Shown: positions 49,314 to 60,180 of the stretch, in pieces
Layout of the letters: the number at the start of each line of letters is the position of its first letter
How positions within the stretch are numbered: the first letter of the stretch is position 1
From: Gammaproteobacteria bacterium
GTDB lineage: Bacteria > Pseudomonadota > Gammaproteobacteria > GCA-002705445 > GCA-002716945
NCBI GenBank assembly: GCA_029246085.1
Contig: JAQWOB010000003.1
Span: forward strand, 7,608 to 71,607
Direction of reading: 5' to 3'
Length of the DNA stretch: 64,000 nt
Translations under genes and position numbers: made by a program
Notes under the pieces: generated by a model
Database searches by the model: none
What the model was told of the DNA's origin: nothing
What the model saw: only the letters and a program-made list of their open reading frames with translations

Positions 49314-50684
49314 ATGAAAAAAATCATAGTCTTTGGTGGTGGTCAGGTTGGTTCATCAGTAGCCAAAATACTTTCAGATGATGGAAATGATATTACGCTC
49401 GTCGATTATGACAAAGAGGTTTTGTCTGATCTGCAAGAAAAAATGGATATAAAAACAGTTCATGGTCTTGCGTCTTATCCCTCGGTTCAAAAAATTGCTG
49501 ATGCCGAAAATTGCGATATGGTTATTGCAGTTACAGGCAGTGATGAAGTTAATATGGCCGCATGCCATGTTGCAAAATCAATTTATAATGTTCCTAAAAG
49601 AATAGCAAGATTAAGAGCTAATGAGTATTTAAGAGATGAAGATGGTTTTGATAAAACTCATTTTTCAATTAGTGAGGTAATAACCCCAAATATATTAATA
49701 ACAGATTATGTGAAAAATATTTTAGAGCACCCGGGAGCTTTTCAAACTTTTCAATTCTCATCTGGTTTGGTACAAGTTGTTGCGGTTACCGTTTTACCAG
49801 AAGGCCCTTTATCAGGAAAAAAGTTGTCTGAGTTTAGAAAACATATGCCTAATGTTGATGTTAAAGTAATAAGTATATATAGAGACAAAAAGCATAATAT
49901 ACCTAATGGTGATACTGTTGTTCTTCCAGGTGATGATGTATATTTTTTGGCAACAGAAGAAAATATGCGTTTCATGAGCGAGTTAAGAAAAACTACTGAA
50001 AAACCTCATAATGTCATGATTGCTGGAGGCGGGAGAGTTGGATCGGCATTAGCAAAAAAACTTGAGTCAATTTATAATTTAAAGCTTATAGAAAAAGATA
50101 AGCATGTTGCAAAGCAGGTTGCTCAGGAATTATTGTCTACAGTTGTCCTGAATAATGATATAGCTGATGAATCACTATTAAATAATGAAAATATAAGTGA
50201 TGTTGATTATTTTTGTGCTGTTACAAATAATGACCAAATGAATATTTTGTCAGCAAAACTTGCAAAAGATATGGGCGCGAAAAGAACGATAGCAATCGTA
50301 AATAAATCTTCATATAGAAATCTTGTGTCAAAAGAAATAGATATTGTTGTATCTCCTGAAGATGTGACAATTGGATCATTACTGGCTTCTGTTAGAACCA
50401 GTGATATTGTAAATGTCCACCAGCTTGCAACAGGTGATGCAGAGGCAATGGAAATTATTGTTCATGGCGATGCCAAGACTTCAAAGCTGGTAGGAAAAAA
50501 AATATCTGAATTAAATTTACCTATTGATATAGTTATTGGAGCTATCGTGAGAAAAGAAGCTGTTATGCTTGCGAATGATGATTTAATCATTGAGACAGAT
50601 GACCATGTTATAATATTTGTTTTAGATAAAAAAGATATATCCAAAGTAGAAAAAATGTTTCAGGTGAGCGTAGGTTTTTTCTAG
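49314..50684 (+). CDS. trkA: Trk potassium uptake protein TrkA.
   Basis: 456 aa with two RCK/NAD-binding repeats (IIVFGGGQVGSSVA and IAGGGRVGSALA). Confidence 0.93.
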   Translation: MKKIIVFGGGQVGSSVAKILSDDGNDITLVDYDKEVLSDLQEKMDIKTVHGLASYPSVQKIADAENCDMVIAVTGSDEVNMAACHVAKSIYNVPKRIARLRANEYLRDEDGFDKTHFSISEVITPNILITDYVKNILEHPGAFQTFQFSSGLVQVVAVTVLPEGPLSGKKLSEFRKHMPNVDVKVISIYRDKKHNIPNGDTVVLPGDDVYFLATEENMRFMSELRKTTEKPHNVMIAGGGRVGSALAKKLESIYNLKLIEKDKHVAKQVAQELLSTVVLNNDIADESLLNNENISDVDYFCAVTNNDQMNILSAKLAKDMGAKRTIAIVNKSSYRNLVSKEIDIVVSPEDVTIGSLLASVRTSDIVNVHQLATGDAEAMEIIVHGDAKTSKLVGKKISELNLPIDIVIGAIVRKEAVMLANDDLIIETDDHVIIFVLDKKDISKVEKMFQVSVGFF

Positions 50685-50687
50685 AAT

Positions 50688-52130
50688 ATGAATTATTCAA
50701 TCATTTTAAAAATTATAGGAATAATGCTGATTCTTTTTAGCTTAATGCTTTTTATACCAATTTCTGTTTCTTTGTTTTATAGCGATGGTAATCTTGAAAC
50801 TTTTTTGAATTCTTTGGCAATAACCTTATTTTTTGGTCTTATCTTATATCTTCCCAATATCAAATCTAGAAGTGATATTAAAACTAAAGAAGGTTTTCTA
50901 ATTGTAGTTTTGTTTTGGTTAATTCTTAGTATTTTTGGCTCAATTCCTTTTATGTTTGATAAGCAATTATCTCTTAGTTTTATAGATGCTTTTTTTGAAT
51001 CAATTTCAGGGTGGACAACAACTGGAGCAACAGTAATTAATAATATTGATATACTCTCTCCTTCATTATTAATATATAGGCAAGAGCTGCAGTGGCTTGG
51101 TGGCATGGGAATTGTAATATTAGCTCTTGCTATACTGCCAATGCTTGGAGTTGGAGGAATGCATTTATATAAGGCTGAATCTACTGGTCCAATTAAAGAT
51201 AATAAAATATCACCTAGAATTGCAGAAACAGCTAAAAGTCTTTGGTCAATTTATTTAGGCTTAACTATAATATGTGCAATTGCTTATTATCTTGCTGGTA
51301 TGTCAATATTTGATGCTGTAGCACATAGTTTCTCCACTATTGCAATTGGTGGATTTTCTACCCACAATTTAAGTATTGGATATTTTAATAGTAATTTAAT
51401 AGAGCTAATCTGTGTTTTCTTCATGATTATTTCTGCATTAAATTTTATTTTACATTTCATGGCGATAAAAACCAAAGATATTAAAACTTACCTTCATGAT
51501 ACTGAGTTTAAATCATATATTTTAATTATACTCTTTGTATTTCTGAGTATAGTTTTATATACATATATTGAGAAAAATGAAGATTTGACAGCTATGCAAA
51601 TACTTTTTCAGTCAGTATCATTTATAACAACATCTGGTTTTACTAATGCAACATATTATTCGTGGCCATCATTTTTAACATCATTATTGATTGTAATAAG
51701 CTTTATAGGTGCATGCGCAGGATCAACTGGTGGCGGGTTAAAAGTAATAAGAGTAATAATACTTTTTAAATTATTAAAAAGAGAATTACTTAAGATTATA
51801 CATCCCACTGCAGAAATTCCAATACGAGTAAATCAATCAACTATAAATGAAGAAACATCAGCAACATTATATAATTTTTTTATATTTTATATTTTGTCTT
51901 ACTTAGCTTTATCGTTTCTCCTTTTGATGTCTGGACTTGATATGATCACCTCTTTTTCTGCTGTGGCTTCATGCATTAATAATCTTGGGCCAGGACTTGG
52001 TGATGTTGCATTGAATTATGGAGATATCAATATATTTGCTAAATATGTTTTATCCTTTGCTATGATTTTAGGCAGGCTTGAAATTTTCACACTATTAATT
52101 GTAATGACACCATATTTTTGGAAATATTGA
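50688..52130 (+). CDS. trkH: Trk potassium uptake protein TrkH.
   Basis: 480 aa polytopic membrane protein with TrkH selectivity-filter-like Gly motifs. Immediately follows trkA. Confidence 0.9.
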   Translation: MNYSIILKIIGIMLILFSLMLFIPISVSLFYSDGNLETFLNSLAITLFFGLILYLPNIKSRSDIKTKEGFLIVVLFWLILSIFGSIPFMFDKQLSLSFIDAFFESISGWTTTGATVINNIDILSPSLLIYRQELQWLGGMGIVILALAILPMLGVGGMHLYKAESTGPIKDNKISPRIAETAKSLWSIYLGLTIICAIAYYLAGMSIFDAVAHSFSTIAIGGFSTHNLSIGYFNSNLIELICVFFMIISALNFILHFMAIKTKDIKTYLHDTEFKSYILIILFVFLSIVLYTYIEKNEDLTAMQILFQSVSFITTSGFTNATYYSWPSFLTSLLIVISFIGACAGSTGGGLKVIRVIILFKLLKRELLKIIHPTAEIPIRVNQSTINEETSATLYNFFIFYILSYLALSFLLLMSGLDMITSFSAVASCINNLGPGLGDVALNYGDINIFAKYVLSFAMILGRLEIFTLLIVMTPYFWKY

Positions 52131-52137
52131 TAATATT

Positions 52138-53121
52138 ATGGGAAATGAAGCAAAACCTTTTTTATCTAAAACCAATCCTTTAAATATTAGTAAAAGCGAT
52201 GGAGAGCATTTTTCATTAAAATACCTGCTTCCTCATTATTGGCCAACATGGCTTTTATTGATATTATCTTTCTTAATTGCTTTTATGCCAAATATTATTA
52301 GAGTTATATTGGGAAATATTGTAGGAAAAATTATATTCCTTATGAACTCTAAAAGAAGAAATATAGTAATGGCAAATCTTTCTTTATGTTTTAAGAGTAA
52401 AACAAAGACTGAAATTAGTAATATTTGCAAAGCATACTTTTTTTATCTAGGAAGAGCTTTTGTTGATATGTCATTACTTTGGTGGAGAAGTAATCCATTC
52501 TTACAAAAAAATTGTGAAATTTCTAATCAAGAATATATTGACAAAGTATTATCTAAAAATAAGGGCATAATATTATTAGTCGCACATTCTGTTTTTCTAG
52601 ATTTTGGTGGGAGGTCCTTATCAAGATATCCAATGGTGAGTATGTATAAACCATTTAGAAATAAATTATTAAACTGGGTTATGGGGAGTGCTCGTAGTAG
52701 AAAAACCGATAATATCATAGTCTATCCAAGAGATAATTTTCCATTTCGAAAAATAATAAAAGCACTTAGAAAGAAAGCTATATTCTATTATCTTGGTGAT
52801 GAAGATTTGGGGAAGGATAATTCAGTATTCTCAGAGTTTTTTGATGAAAAAAAATCAACACTCATCTCTATAAGTAAAATATCGAAGCTATCTAGTTGTG
52901 TTGTTATGCCATGTGTTAATTATTATTGCCCCATCTCTAAAAAATATAAAACATATATTGGGGAGCCATTAGATGACTTTCCATCCAATGACAAACAAAA
53001 AGATGCTGACACAATAAATATTGCACTACAGAAAGTTATTTCACGAGACTTAGAGCAATACATGTGGAGCCTAAGATTGTTTCAGACACGACCTGATGGT
53101 AAAAGCTACCCATACAAGTAA
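52138..53121 (+). CDS. lpxL: Lipid A biosynthesis (Kdo)2-lipid IVA acyltransferase of the LpxL/HtrB family.
   Basis: 327 aa with an LpxL-like N-terminus (YLLPHYWPTWLLLILSFLIAFMP) and the acyltransferase HX4D region (LLVAHSVFLD). Confidence 0.8.
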   Translation: MGNEAKPFLSKTNPLNISKSDGEHFSLKYLLPHYWPTWLLLILSFLIAFMPNIIRVILGNIVGKIIFLMNSKRRNIVMANLSLCFKSKTKTEISNICKAYFFYLGRAFVDMSLLWWRSNPFLQKNCEISNQEYIDKVLSKNKGIILLVAHSVFLDFGGRSLSRYPMVSMYKPFRNKLLNWVMGSARSRKTDNIIVYPRDNFPFRKIIKALRKKAIFYYLGDEDLGKDNSVFSEFFDEKKSTLISISKISKLSSCVVMPCVNYYCPISKKYKTYIGEPLDDFPSNDKQKDADTINIALQKVISRDLEQYMWSLRLFQTRPDGKSYPYK

Positions 53122-53181
53122 TAGAGCTTTATATTAATCATTAGCTATTAACTTTATTTAATATTCTCTATAATCATTTGT

Positions 53182-54123
53182 ATGAACTTATTCTCAGAAA
53201 TAACAGAATATAAGCATGAATATCTATCTGTTGATATGACTCATGAATTGTATATTGAGCAATCTGGAAATCCAAATGGTATCCCTGTTATTTTTTTGCA
53301 TGGTGGCCCAGGTGCGGGCGCTAATTATTTTTATAGAAGATTCTTTGACCCTAAGGTTTATAGAATAATTTTGTTTGATCAACGTGGTTCTGGAAAATCT
53401 AAGCCTTATGCGAGCATTATTAACAATACAGCTAAAGACTTAATTGATGATATTAAAAAAATTATTACTCACCTTAATATTGAGAAAGCTATAATATATG
53501 GGGGCTCATGGGGATCTACGTTGGGATTATTATTTGCAGAAAAATATCCAGAACTAGTTCACTCTCTTGTGTTGCGAGGTATATTTTTATGTAGAAAAGC
53601 TGACATTAATTGGTTTTACCAGAAGGGAGCTCATGAAATATATCCAGATTATTGGGATGCATTCATTTCTGATATCCCTGTTCAAGAAAGAGATAATATT
53701 TTAGCAGCATTTCACAATAGAATTCATGGTAAAAATAAAGATATTAGTCTTAACTTATGTAAGAAATGGGCAGAATGGGAAGGCAAGTGTTCAACCCTAT
53801 TACCATCTAAAGCTGTCATAGACAATTTTTCAGATTGTTCTGAATCACTATCAAAAATAGAAACTCATTATTTTATGAATGACTGTTTCATAGATGAAAA
53901 TCAAATTTTAAATAATATTGATAAAATTCTTAATATAAAATGTCACATTGTTCATGGAAGATTTGATATTGTATGTCCATTTAAACAAGCATATGATTTA
54001 CATCAGGTTTATAAAGGGTCTAGTATAAACATAATTAATGATGCTGGACACTCTCTTTTAGAGCCTGGAATTACAAATAAAGTTCTCGAAATATTTTCGA
54101 ATCCCAATGAACTTATATCTTAA
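53182..54123 (+). CDS. pip: Proline iminopeptidase (prolyl aminopeptidase, S33).
   Basis: 313 aa with VIFLHGGPGAG...FDQRGSGKS and the GGSWGSTL nucleophile motif. Confidence 0.88.
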   Translation: MNLFSEITEYKHEYLSVDMTHELYIEQSGNPNGIPVIFLHGGPGAGANYFYRRFFDPKVYRIILFDQRGSGKSKPYASIINNTAKDLIDDIKKIITHLNIEKAIIYGGSWGSTLGLLFAEKYPELVHSLVLRGIFLCRKADINWFYQKGAHEIYPDYWDAFISDIPVQERDNILAAFHNRIHGKNKDISLNLCKKWAEWEGKCSTLLPSKAVIDNFSDCSESLSKIETHYFMNDCFIDENQILNNIDKILNIKCHIVHGRFDIVCPFKQAYDLHQVYKGSSINIINDAGHSLLEPGITNKVLEIFSNPNELIS

Positions 54124-54883
54124 ATTCTTTTGTAGTTTAATCTTAGTATTTTTTATATTAACAGATATATATGCTGATATTATTCCAAGTAAAATTCGCG
54201 AAGAAAATATAAATAATCAAATTATTGAGTATATTTTTGATGCTAACATAATAAAAATATCTTCTGACATTGAAAATAACTTTAATTTAATTGCTAATGA
54301 AAATAGTGAATCTAAGTATTCAGTTTTATTGCTGCATGGAAGAGGCCTTTATCCTACAGAACCTAATGTGATAGATCCATTAAGAATATCATTTATTGAA
54401 GAAGGGATTGATACTTACTCATTACAGCTACCTGTTTTAGATAAAGGTAAATCTTATAATGAATATAAACAAATTTTTAAATATTCAGACGCAAGAATTA
54501 CATCTGCTATTAAATTGATACAGCCCAACAAGCTTATTATTATTGCTCATAGTTGCGGTGCTCATATGTTTATTTCTTGGGCTAAAAAAAATAATATTAA
54601 AAATTTATCTGGTTTTATTTTAATTGGGGCAGGGGCAGTAGATAAGAATCAGAAAATGATTGATGGATTAGATTATGATGATATTAGTATTCCAATTCTA
54701 AATATCTATGGAGAATATGATCATGGCTCAGTAAAAGATTATGCGGCTATTTTTGATGATGCGATTAAAGATAAAAATGATTATTTTTCAAAAAATATAG
54801 AAATCAAAGGTTCTGATCATAATTATTTAAATGAAAGCAATTTATTGGTAGATATTGTAAATTCGTGGCTTAAATCTTTATAA
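54107..54883 (+). CDS. Secreted alpha/beta-hydrolase-fold protein of unknown function.
   Basis: 258 aa with a signal peptide ([23 protein letters not shown]), a nucleophile elbow AHSCGAH and downstream Asp/His (DHNYL). Confidence 0.6.
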   Translation: MNLYLKFFCSLILVFFILTDIYADIIPSKIREENINNQIIEYIFDANIIKISSDIENNFNLIANENSESKYSVLLLHGRGLYPTEPNVIDPLRISFIEEGIDTYSLQLPVLDKGKSYNEYKQIFKYSDARITSAIKLIQPNKLIIIAHSCGAHMFISWAKKNNIKNLSGFILIGAGAVDKNQKMIDGLDYDDISIPILNIYGEYDHGSVKDYAAIFDDAIKDKNDYFSKNIEIKGSDHNYLNESNLLVDIVNSWLKSL

Positions 54884-54900
54884 TATGTTATAGATATCAT

Positions 54901-55494
54901 ATGAAAAAACGTATAGCACAAGTTGAAAGAGTAACAAAAGAAACGCAAATAAAAGCGGAGATAAATTTAGATGGCCAAGGTGACTCATCAATTAAAGCTG
55001 ATTTGCCATTTTTAGAACATATGTTGGAGCAAGTTGCGCGACATGGTATGTTTGATTTAACAATTTTAGCCAAGGGTGACTTAGAAATAGATGCTCATCA
55101 TACTGTTGAAGATGTGGGCATAGTTCTAGGCCAAGCTTTGGAAAAAGCGCTTGGTGATAAAATAGGTATAACTAGATTTGGTTCAGCATATGTCCCATTA
55201 GATGAATCGTTATCTAGGGTTGTTCTGGATTTTTCAGGAAGACCTGGTTTGGAGTTTAATGTTACGTTCCCAAGATCCCGTGTTGGAGAGTTTGATATAG
55301 ATTTGTTGCAAGAATTTTTTCAAGGTTTTGTTAACCATGCTAAAGCCACTATTCATATTGATAATATTAGAGGCGGTAATTCGCATCATATAGCGGAGAC
55401 TATATTTAAAGCATTTGGCAAAGCCTTAAAAATGGCAGTCACAATCGACCCAAGGCAAGCAGACAAAATACCGTCTACAAAAGAATTAATCTAA
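54901..55494 (+). CDS. hisB: Imidazoleglycerol-phosphate dehydratase.
   Basis: 197 aa monofunctional IGPD ([18 protein letters not shown], two HHxxE motifs). Confidence 0.95.
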   Translation: MKKRIAQVERVTKETQIKAEINLDGQGDSSIKADLPFLEHMLEQVARHGMFDLTILAKGDLEIDAHHTVEDVGIVLGQALEKALGDKIGITRFGSAYVPLDESLSRVVLDFSGRPGLEFNVTFPRSRVGEFDIDLLQEFFQGFVNHAKATIHIDNIRGGNSHHIAETIFKAFGKALKMAVTIDPRQADKIPSTKELI

Positions 55495-56129
55495 TGGCAG
55501 ATATTGCTATCATTGATTATGGCATGGGTAATGTACATAGTGTGTGCAAAGCTTTAAACAAAGTTTTAGATAAAAATTCTACGGTAAAGATAACTAATTC
55601 GCTCAATGATTTGTCAGATTGTTCTCATATCGTCTTTCCTGGACAAGGCGCGGCATCAGAATGTATGATTAACATTGATAAAAATTTAGATATTGTAGAA
55701 TTTAAAAAAATTATATCACAAAAGCCCTTTTTAGGAATATGCATGGGTTTGCAGGTACTAATGACTCATAGCGAGGAAAATGAAGGATCCAACTGTCTAA
55801 ATATTTTGGATGGAAAAGTTCTCAGTATAGAGAGAAAAATGAATTCAAATCTTAAAGTTCCTCATATGGGATGGAATAAAGTTAAACAAGAAAATAAGCA
55901 TCCTCTTTGGAACAATATACCTGATGGAGCATTTTTTTATTTTGTGCATAGTTATTTTGTCAAGCCTTTAGATAAATCAAATATATTATCAACTACTAAT
56001 TATGATTTAGATTTTGCATCAGCACTTTATAAAGATAATATTGCAGCAGTTCAATTTCATCCTGAAAAGAGTTCTAAGATGGGATTAAGATTGCTTGAAA
56101 ATTTTATAAACTGGAATGGTGAGATTTAA
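55494..56129 (+). CDS. hisH: Imidazole glycerol phosphate synthase, glutaminase subunit.
   Basis: 211 aa class-I glutamine amidotransferase (IAIIDYGMGNVHSV, GICMG, the QFHPEKS His/Glu pair). Confidence 0.93.
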   Translation: MADIAIIDYGMGNVHSVCKALNKVLDKNSTVKITNSLNDLSDCSHIVFPGQGAASECMINIDKNLDIVEFKKIISQKPFLGICMGLQVLMTHSEENEGSNCLNILDGKVLSIERKMNSNLKVPHMGWNKVKQENKHPLWNNIPDGAFFYFVHSYFVKPLDKSNILSTTNYDLDFASALYKDNIAAVQFHPEKSSKMGLRLLENFINWNGEI

Positions 56130-56860
56130 TGAAAATACTTCCAGCAATTGATATTAAAGAGGGTAAATGCGTAAGACTTGCTAAAGGTGATTATAGCCAA
56201 GTAACTCATTATTTTGATAATCCATTAGATGTAGCAAAGAAATGGATTGACCAAGGGTCTATGAATTTACATATAGTTGATTTAGATGGAGCGAAATCTG
56301 GAAAAACTATTAACTATAATATTATTGCCGAGATTAGGAATAGTTATCCAGATATTTATATTCAGATTGGTGGTGGAATTAGAGATATTGAAAGTATAAA
56401 TAAATATATTAATATTGGTATTAATAAAGTTATAGTTGGAACTCGTGTAGTTTCAGACCCAAGTTTTTTAAAAAGAATACCATCTGATATTAAAGAAAAA
56501 GTAATAATTGACCTTGCTGTTAAGGATGGTAAGTTAGCTGTCCATGGCTGGAATAATTCATCAGATTTTACCTTACAGGAATTTATTAAAATTTTAGAAT
56601 CTAATAATATTCAAGAAATTGTTTTTACAGATGTAAGCAAAGATGGGATGTTGGAGGGAATGAATTTTTCAGAGATTTCAAATATTTTGAGCTTTTCTAG
56701 TATTCCATTAATTGCTTCTGGAGGTGTAACTTCAATCGATGATATTAAATATCTTTGTAGGATGAATGAAATTAAAATATCTGGTGTAATTATCGGCAAG
56801 GCTTTATATGAAAATAAAATTAATCTCAAAGATGCAATTAAATTATCTAACAAAAACTAA
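56129..56860 (+). CDS. hisA: ProFAR isomerase.
   Basis: 243 aa with [17 protein letters not shown] and (beta-alpha)8 barrel phosphate-binding motifs. Confidence 0.93.
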   Translation: MKILPAIDIKEGKCVRLAKGDYSQVTHYFDNPLDVAKKWIDQGSMNLHIVDLDGAKSGKTINYNIIAEIRNSYPDIYIQIGGGIRDIESINKYINIGINKVIVGTRVVSDPSFLKRIPSDIKEKVIIDLAVKDGKLAVHGWNNSSDFTLQEFIKILESNNIQEIVFTDVSKDGMLEGMNFSEISNILSFSSIPLIASGGVTSIDDIKYLCRMNEIKISGVIIGKALYENKINLKDAIKLSNKN

Positions 56861-57624
56861 TGTCTTTATATAAAAGAATAATACCCTGTCTAGATGTTGC
56901 CAATGGCCGTGTAGTTAAAGGAACTAAATTTATAAATATTGTAGATGCAGGCGACCCAGTTGAGGTAGCTAAACGTTATGATCAAGAAGGTGCAGATGAA
57001 ATTGCTTTCTTAGATATTACTGCAACGCATGAGGCTAGAAAAACAATCATAGAAACTGTTGAAAAAGTAGCTTGTGAAGTTTTTATTCCGCTAACTGTTG
57101 GAGGCGGAGTCTCCAATTATAGTGATGTGTTAAATCTTTTAAGCGCAGGTGCAGATAAAGTTGCCATAAATAGTGCTGCAGTAGCTAATCCAAATTTAAT
57201 AAATCAGGTTACAGACAAGATTGGCAGACAATGTATTGTGGCTGCAATAGATGTTAAGCAAAATAAAAATAATAGCAACTGGACCGTCTATACTCATGGA
57301 GGACGAAATTCAACAGAAATAGATGCTTTCCAGTGGGCTAAAGAACTATCTGATAGAGGTGCAGGTGAGATACTTTTAACTAGTATGGATAGAGATGGCA
57401 CTAAAAAAGGTTTTGATTTAGATTTATTAAATCTTATTTCTAGCGAAGTATCTATACCTGTTATTGCGTCTGGGGGAGCTGGAACACTAGAGCACTTAAG
57501 AGATGCTGTTGTAGCTGGTAAAGCAGATGCTGTATTAGCTGCAAGTATATTTCATTATTCAATATACTCAATTCAAGAGGCTAAGGAATATATGAAAAAA
57601 CATGGAGTTTTAGTACGAATATAA
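56860..57624 (+). CDS. hisF: Imidazole glycerol phosphate synthase, cyclase subunit.
   Basis: 254 aa with RIIPCLDV and conserved HisF motifs. Confidence 0.95.
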   Translation: MSLYKRIIPCLDVANGRVVKGTKFINIVDAGDPVEVAKRYDQEGADEIAFLDITATHEARKTIIETVEKVACEVFIPLTVGGGVSNYSDVLNLLSAGADKVAINSAAVANPNLINQVTDKIGRQCIVAAIDVKQNKNNSNWTVYTHGGRNSTEIDAFQWAKELSDRGAGEILLTSMDRDGTKKGFDLDLLNLISSEVSIPVIASGGAGTLEHLRDAVVAGKADAVLAASIFHYSIYSIQEAKEYMKKHGVLVRI

Positions 57625-57646
57625 CAATTTGTGCTAACCTAGTAAT

Positions 57647-57979
57647 ATGATTGAAAACACTAAATCAAACATTCTTGCAAAGCTAGAAGATATTTTGAAT
57701 GATAGAAAACGCAATGTATCGGAAGACTCATATGTTTCACAATTGTATAAAAAAGGGAACAAGTCTATAAATTTAAAAATTATAGAAGAAGCAAATGAAT
57801 ACATAGATGCGGTCAATAATTCTGATCGTGATCATATTATCCATGAGGCTACTGATCTTTGGTTTCATACATTGGTATCATTAACTTTGAATGGAATATC
57901 ATCAGATGATATCCTTAAAGAACTTGAAAATAGATTCGGTCTATCAGGATTGGAAGAAAAAAGATTAAGAAAAAAATGA
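57647..57979 (+). CDS. hisE: Phosphoribosyl-ATP pyrophosphatase (standalone HisE, no HisI domain).
   Basis: 110 aa MazG-like HisE ([25 protein letters not shown]...EEANEYIDA). Confidence 0.85.
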   Translation: MIENTKSNILAKLEDILNDRKRNVSEDSYVSQLYKKGNKSINLKIIEEANEYIDAVNNSDRDHIIHEATDLWFHTLVSLTLNGISSDDILKELENRFGLSGLEEKRLRKK

Positions 57980-57989
57980 GGTATTAAAA

Positions 57990-58187
57990 ATGTTAAGCGG
58001 TATATCACCATGGTCAATATTACTGATATTAATTATAGTAGTTGTTTTATTTGGAACTAAAAAACTTAGAAATGTTGGGTCAGACTTAGGAACAGCTATT
58101 AAAAGTTTTAAAAAGTCATCAAAAGAAGATGATGCTAGTAGTAAAACTGTTTCTGCAAAAAAATCTGTAAAAGAAGATAGTAAGTAA
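57990..58187 (+). CDS. tatA: Sec-independent translocase TatA.
   Basis: 65 aa with TM + hinge [25 protein letters not shown]. Confidence 0.9.
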   Translation: MLSGISPWSILLILIIVVVLFGTKKLRNVGSDLGTAIKSFKKSSKEDDASSKTVSAKKSVKEDSK

Positions 58188-58192
58188 GCCCT

Positions 58193-58459
58193 ATGTTTGA
58201 TATAGGTTTTTGGGAATTATTCCTAATATTTTTACTCTTATTGTTTGTTGTTGGGCCAGAAAGGCTTCCAGCAATTGCTGGTTATTTAGGGAAATGGTTT
58301 GGAAAATTTCAAAGATATTTCTTTGAGCTTAAAGATTCTATACAGCGTGAAACAGAAGAACCTAGCAATCAAATCAATAAGTTATTGGATGACCAAAAAT
58401 CTTCGATGGACAGATTACAGAAAGAAATTAGCGATAAGAAAGAGGAAGATAATAAATAA
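58193..58459 (+). CDS. tatB: Sec-independent translocase TatB.
   Basis: 88 aa with MFDIGFWELFLIFLLLLFVVGPERLP. Confidence 0.85.
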   Translation: MFDIGFWELFLIFLLLLFVVGPERLPAIAGYLGKWFGKFQRYFFELKDSIQRETEEPSNQINKLLDDQKSSMDRLQKEISDKKEEDNK

Positions 58460-59259
58460 TGGATTCTAAGGATCAAATAAATAGTTCCTTCAAATCTTTA
58501 GTCCCCCATTTTCAGGAACTAAAATCAAGAATTTCCAAATGTCTATTATTGGTACTTATTTTTTTTATAATACTATTTCCATTTTCAGACATAATATATA
58601 CACAATTAGCTGAACCTTTGATATCAAGATTACCAGAAGGAAGCAACATGATAGCAATTGATGTTGCCTCTCCATTTTTTATTCCATTTAAGCTGGTAAT
58701 GATTTTATCTATTTTTATATCAATTCCCTTCCTTCTATATCACTTATGGATGTTTACAGCTCCTGGGCTTTATGAGAAGGAAAGAAAGCTTGTGTTACCG
58801 ATTCTTGTGTCTAGCAGCATATTGTTTTATTTAGGCGCAGCTTTTGCATACTTTGTTGTTTTCCCTTTAATATTTGCTTTTTTTATTAGCATCGCCCCTG
58901 AAGGAATTGCTGTAATGACAGATATTAGTAGGTATTTGGATTTTGTGATAACACTTTTCTTTGCATTTGGCTTTGCATTTGAAGTTCCGGTAATTACAGT
59001 TTTACTAGTTTTAACGAATGTCAGTACTCCTAAAAGTTTGTCTGCAAAGAGACCTTATGTTATTGTTGGAGCATTCGTTATAGGGATGTTTTTAACGCCA
59101 CCAGATGTAATTTCTCAAACCTTACTAGCGCTTCCAATTTGGTTTTTGTTTGAAGTTGGAATTATTTTTGCACGTATTCTTACTAAGAATCGTGGCAATA
59201 GTGATGTTGTTTTATATGATGATGTTGATAAAAATAATAATAAAAAGGATGATAAATAA
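58459..59259 (+). CDS. tatC: Sec-independent translocase TatC.
   Basis: 266 aa, six TM segments, with TatC motifs (LYHLWMFTAPGLYEKE, FLTPPD). Confidence 0.93.
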   Translation: MDSKDQINSSFKSLVPHFQELKSRISKCLLLVLIFFIILFPFSDIIYTQLAEPLISRLPEGSNMIAIDVASPFFIPFKLVMILSIFISIPFLLYHLWMFTAPGLYEKERKLVLPILVSSSILFYLGAAFAYFVVFPLIFAFFISIAPEGIAVMTDISRYLDFVITLFFAFGFAFEVPVITVLLVLTNVSTPKSLSAKRPYVIVGAFVIGMFLTPPDVISQTLLALPIWFLFEVGIIFARILTKNRGNSDVVLYDDVDKNNNKKDDK

Positions 59260-59261
59260 CT

Positions 59262-59804
59262 ATGGATAGAACTATTTGGTTTGTAAGACATGCTCAATCA
59301 GAATATAACAAGAAAAAACTTTTTACAGGATGGCATGATCCTGATTTAACACAACACGGTATACATAAAGCACATGATCTAAAAGAAGAGCTTTATGGAG
59401 TCATATTTGATCATATCTATTCTTCACCTCTAAAACGAGCACTGTCCACAGCGCAAATATTATCTGATGATAAAGACATAAAGATAGATGACAGGCTTAA
59501 AGAGAGAAGTTATGGCGACTGGTCAGCCAAGAACAAAGAAGAGGTGAAGTTATCTGAAGGTGTTGATAATTACTATGCAGCTAGAAGAGGATGGGAAACT
59601 AGTCCTCCCAATGGTGAAAGCTTAAAAGATGTAAGCTTGCGTGTTAAACCCTTTATTGATGAGTTGCCTGAATCTGGAAATATTCTTGTGGTTTCTCATG
59701 GGAATACAATTCGTGCAATATCTGTATTATTTGGCGTGAATACAGAAAGCAATGTTAACTCTTTCGAGATTAAAGTTGGGACTGTGTTTAAGGTAAAAAG
59801 CTAG
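59262..59804 (+). CDS. Histidine phosphatase (phosphoglycerate mutase-like) family protein.
   Basis: 180 aa with the N-terminal catalytic RHG motif region (IWFVRHAQSEYN) and a C-terminal His (VSHGNTIRA). Confidence 0.75.
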   Translation: MDRTIWFVRHAQSEYNKKKLFTGWHDPDLTQHGIHKAHDLKEELYGVIFDHIYSSPLKRALSTAQILSDDKDIKIDDRLKERSYGDWSAKNKEEVKLSEGVDNYYAARRGWETSPPNGESLKDVSLRVKPFIDELPESGNILVVSHGNTIRAISVLFGVNTESNVNSFEIKVGTVFKVKS

Positions 59805-60020
59805 TATCTCTACTAGCTCTTTCATACGGAGGTGTATATGAGTATATTAACATATAATAATATAAACTCAATACAAATTTTACCCACGAAATCTCACATA
59901 CTCAAAATATATCAATCATATAATTAGTCCTTAATGAGAGACATTCTTAAAATAGAGAGCATGACCTATTTACCTTAATAGATAGCAAAAGTTTAACAAT
60001 TGGCACGGTATATGCATTGT

Positions 60021-60052
60021 TATATATAAAAAGAAAATCCTTTTTATATATA
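60021..60052. repeat. Perfect 13-bp inverted repeat with a 6-nt spacer (TATATATAAAAAG-aaaatc-CTTTTTATATATA) in a long ORF-free region.
   Basis: Read directly from the sequence. The 376-nt convergent intergenic region around it (59805-60180) has no ORF of 60 aa or more on either strand. Confidence 0.5.
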
Positions 60053-60180
60053 TGATGGTTAAAACTAGGTCAAACTCCTCAAAGTTATCTCTCCCCGAGG
60101 ATCTGGTTTTAGCTTCATCCTTAACTAGTAAGAATTAATTATAATTAAACAAAGTACTTATGTTTAGATGATTTAAAAAT

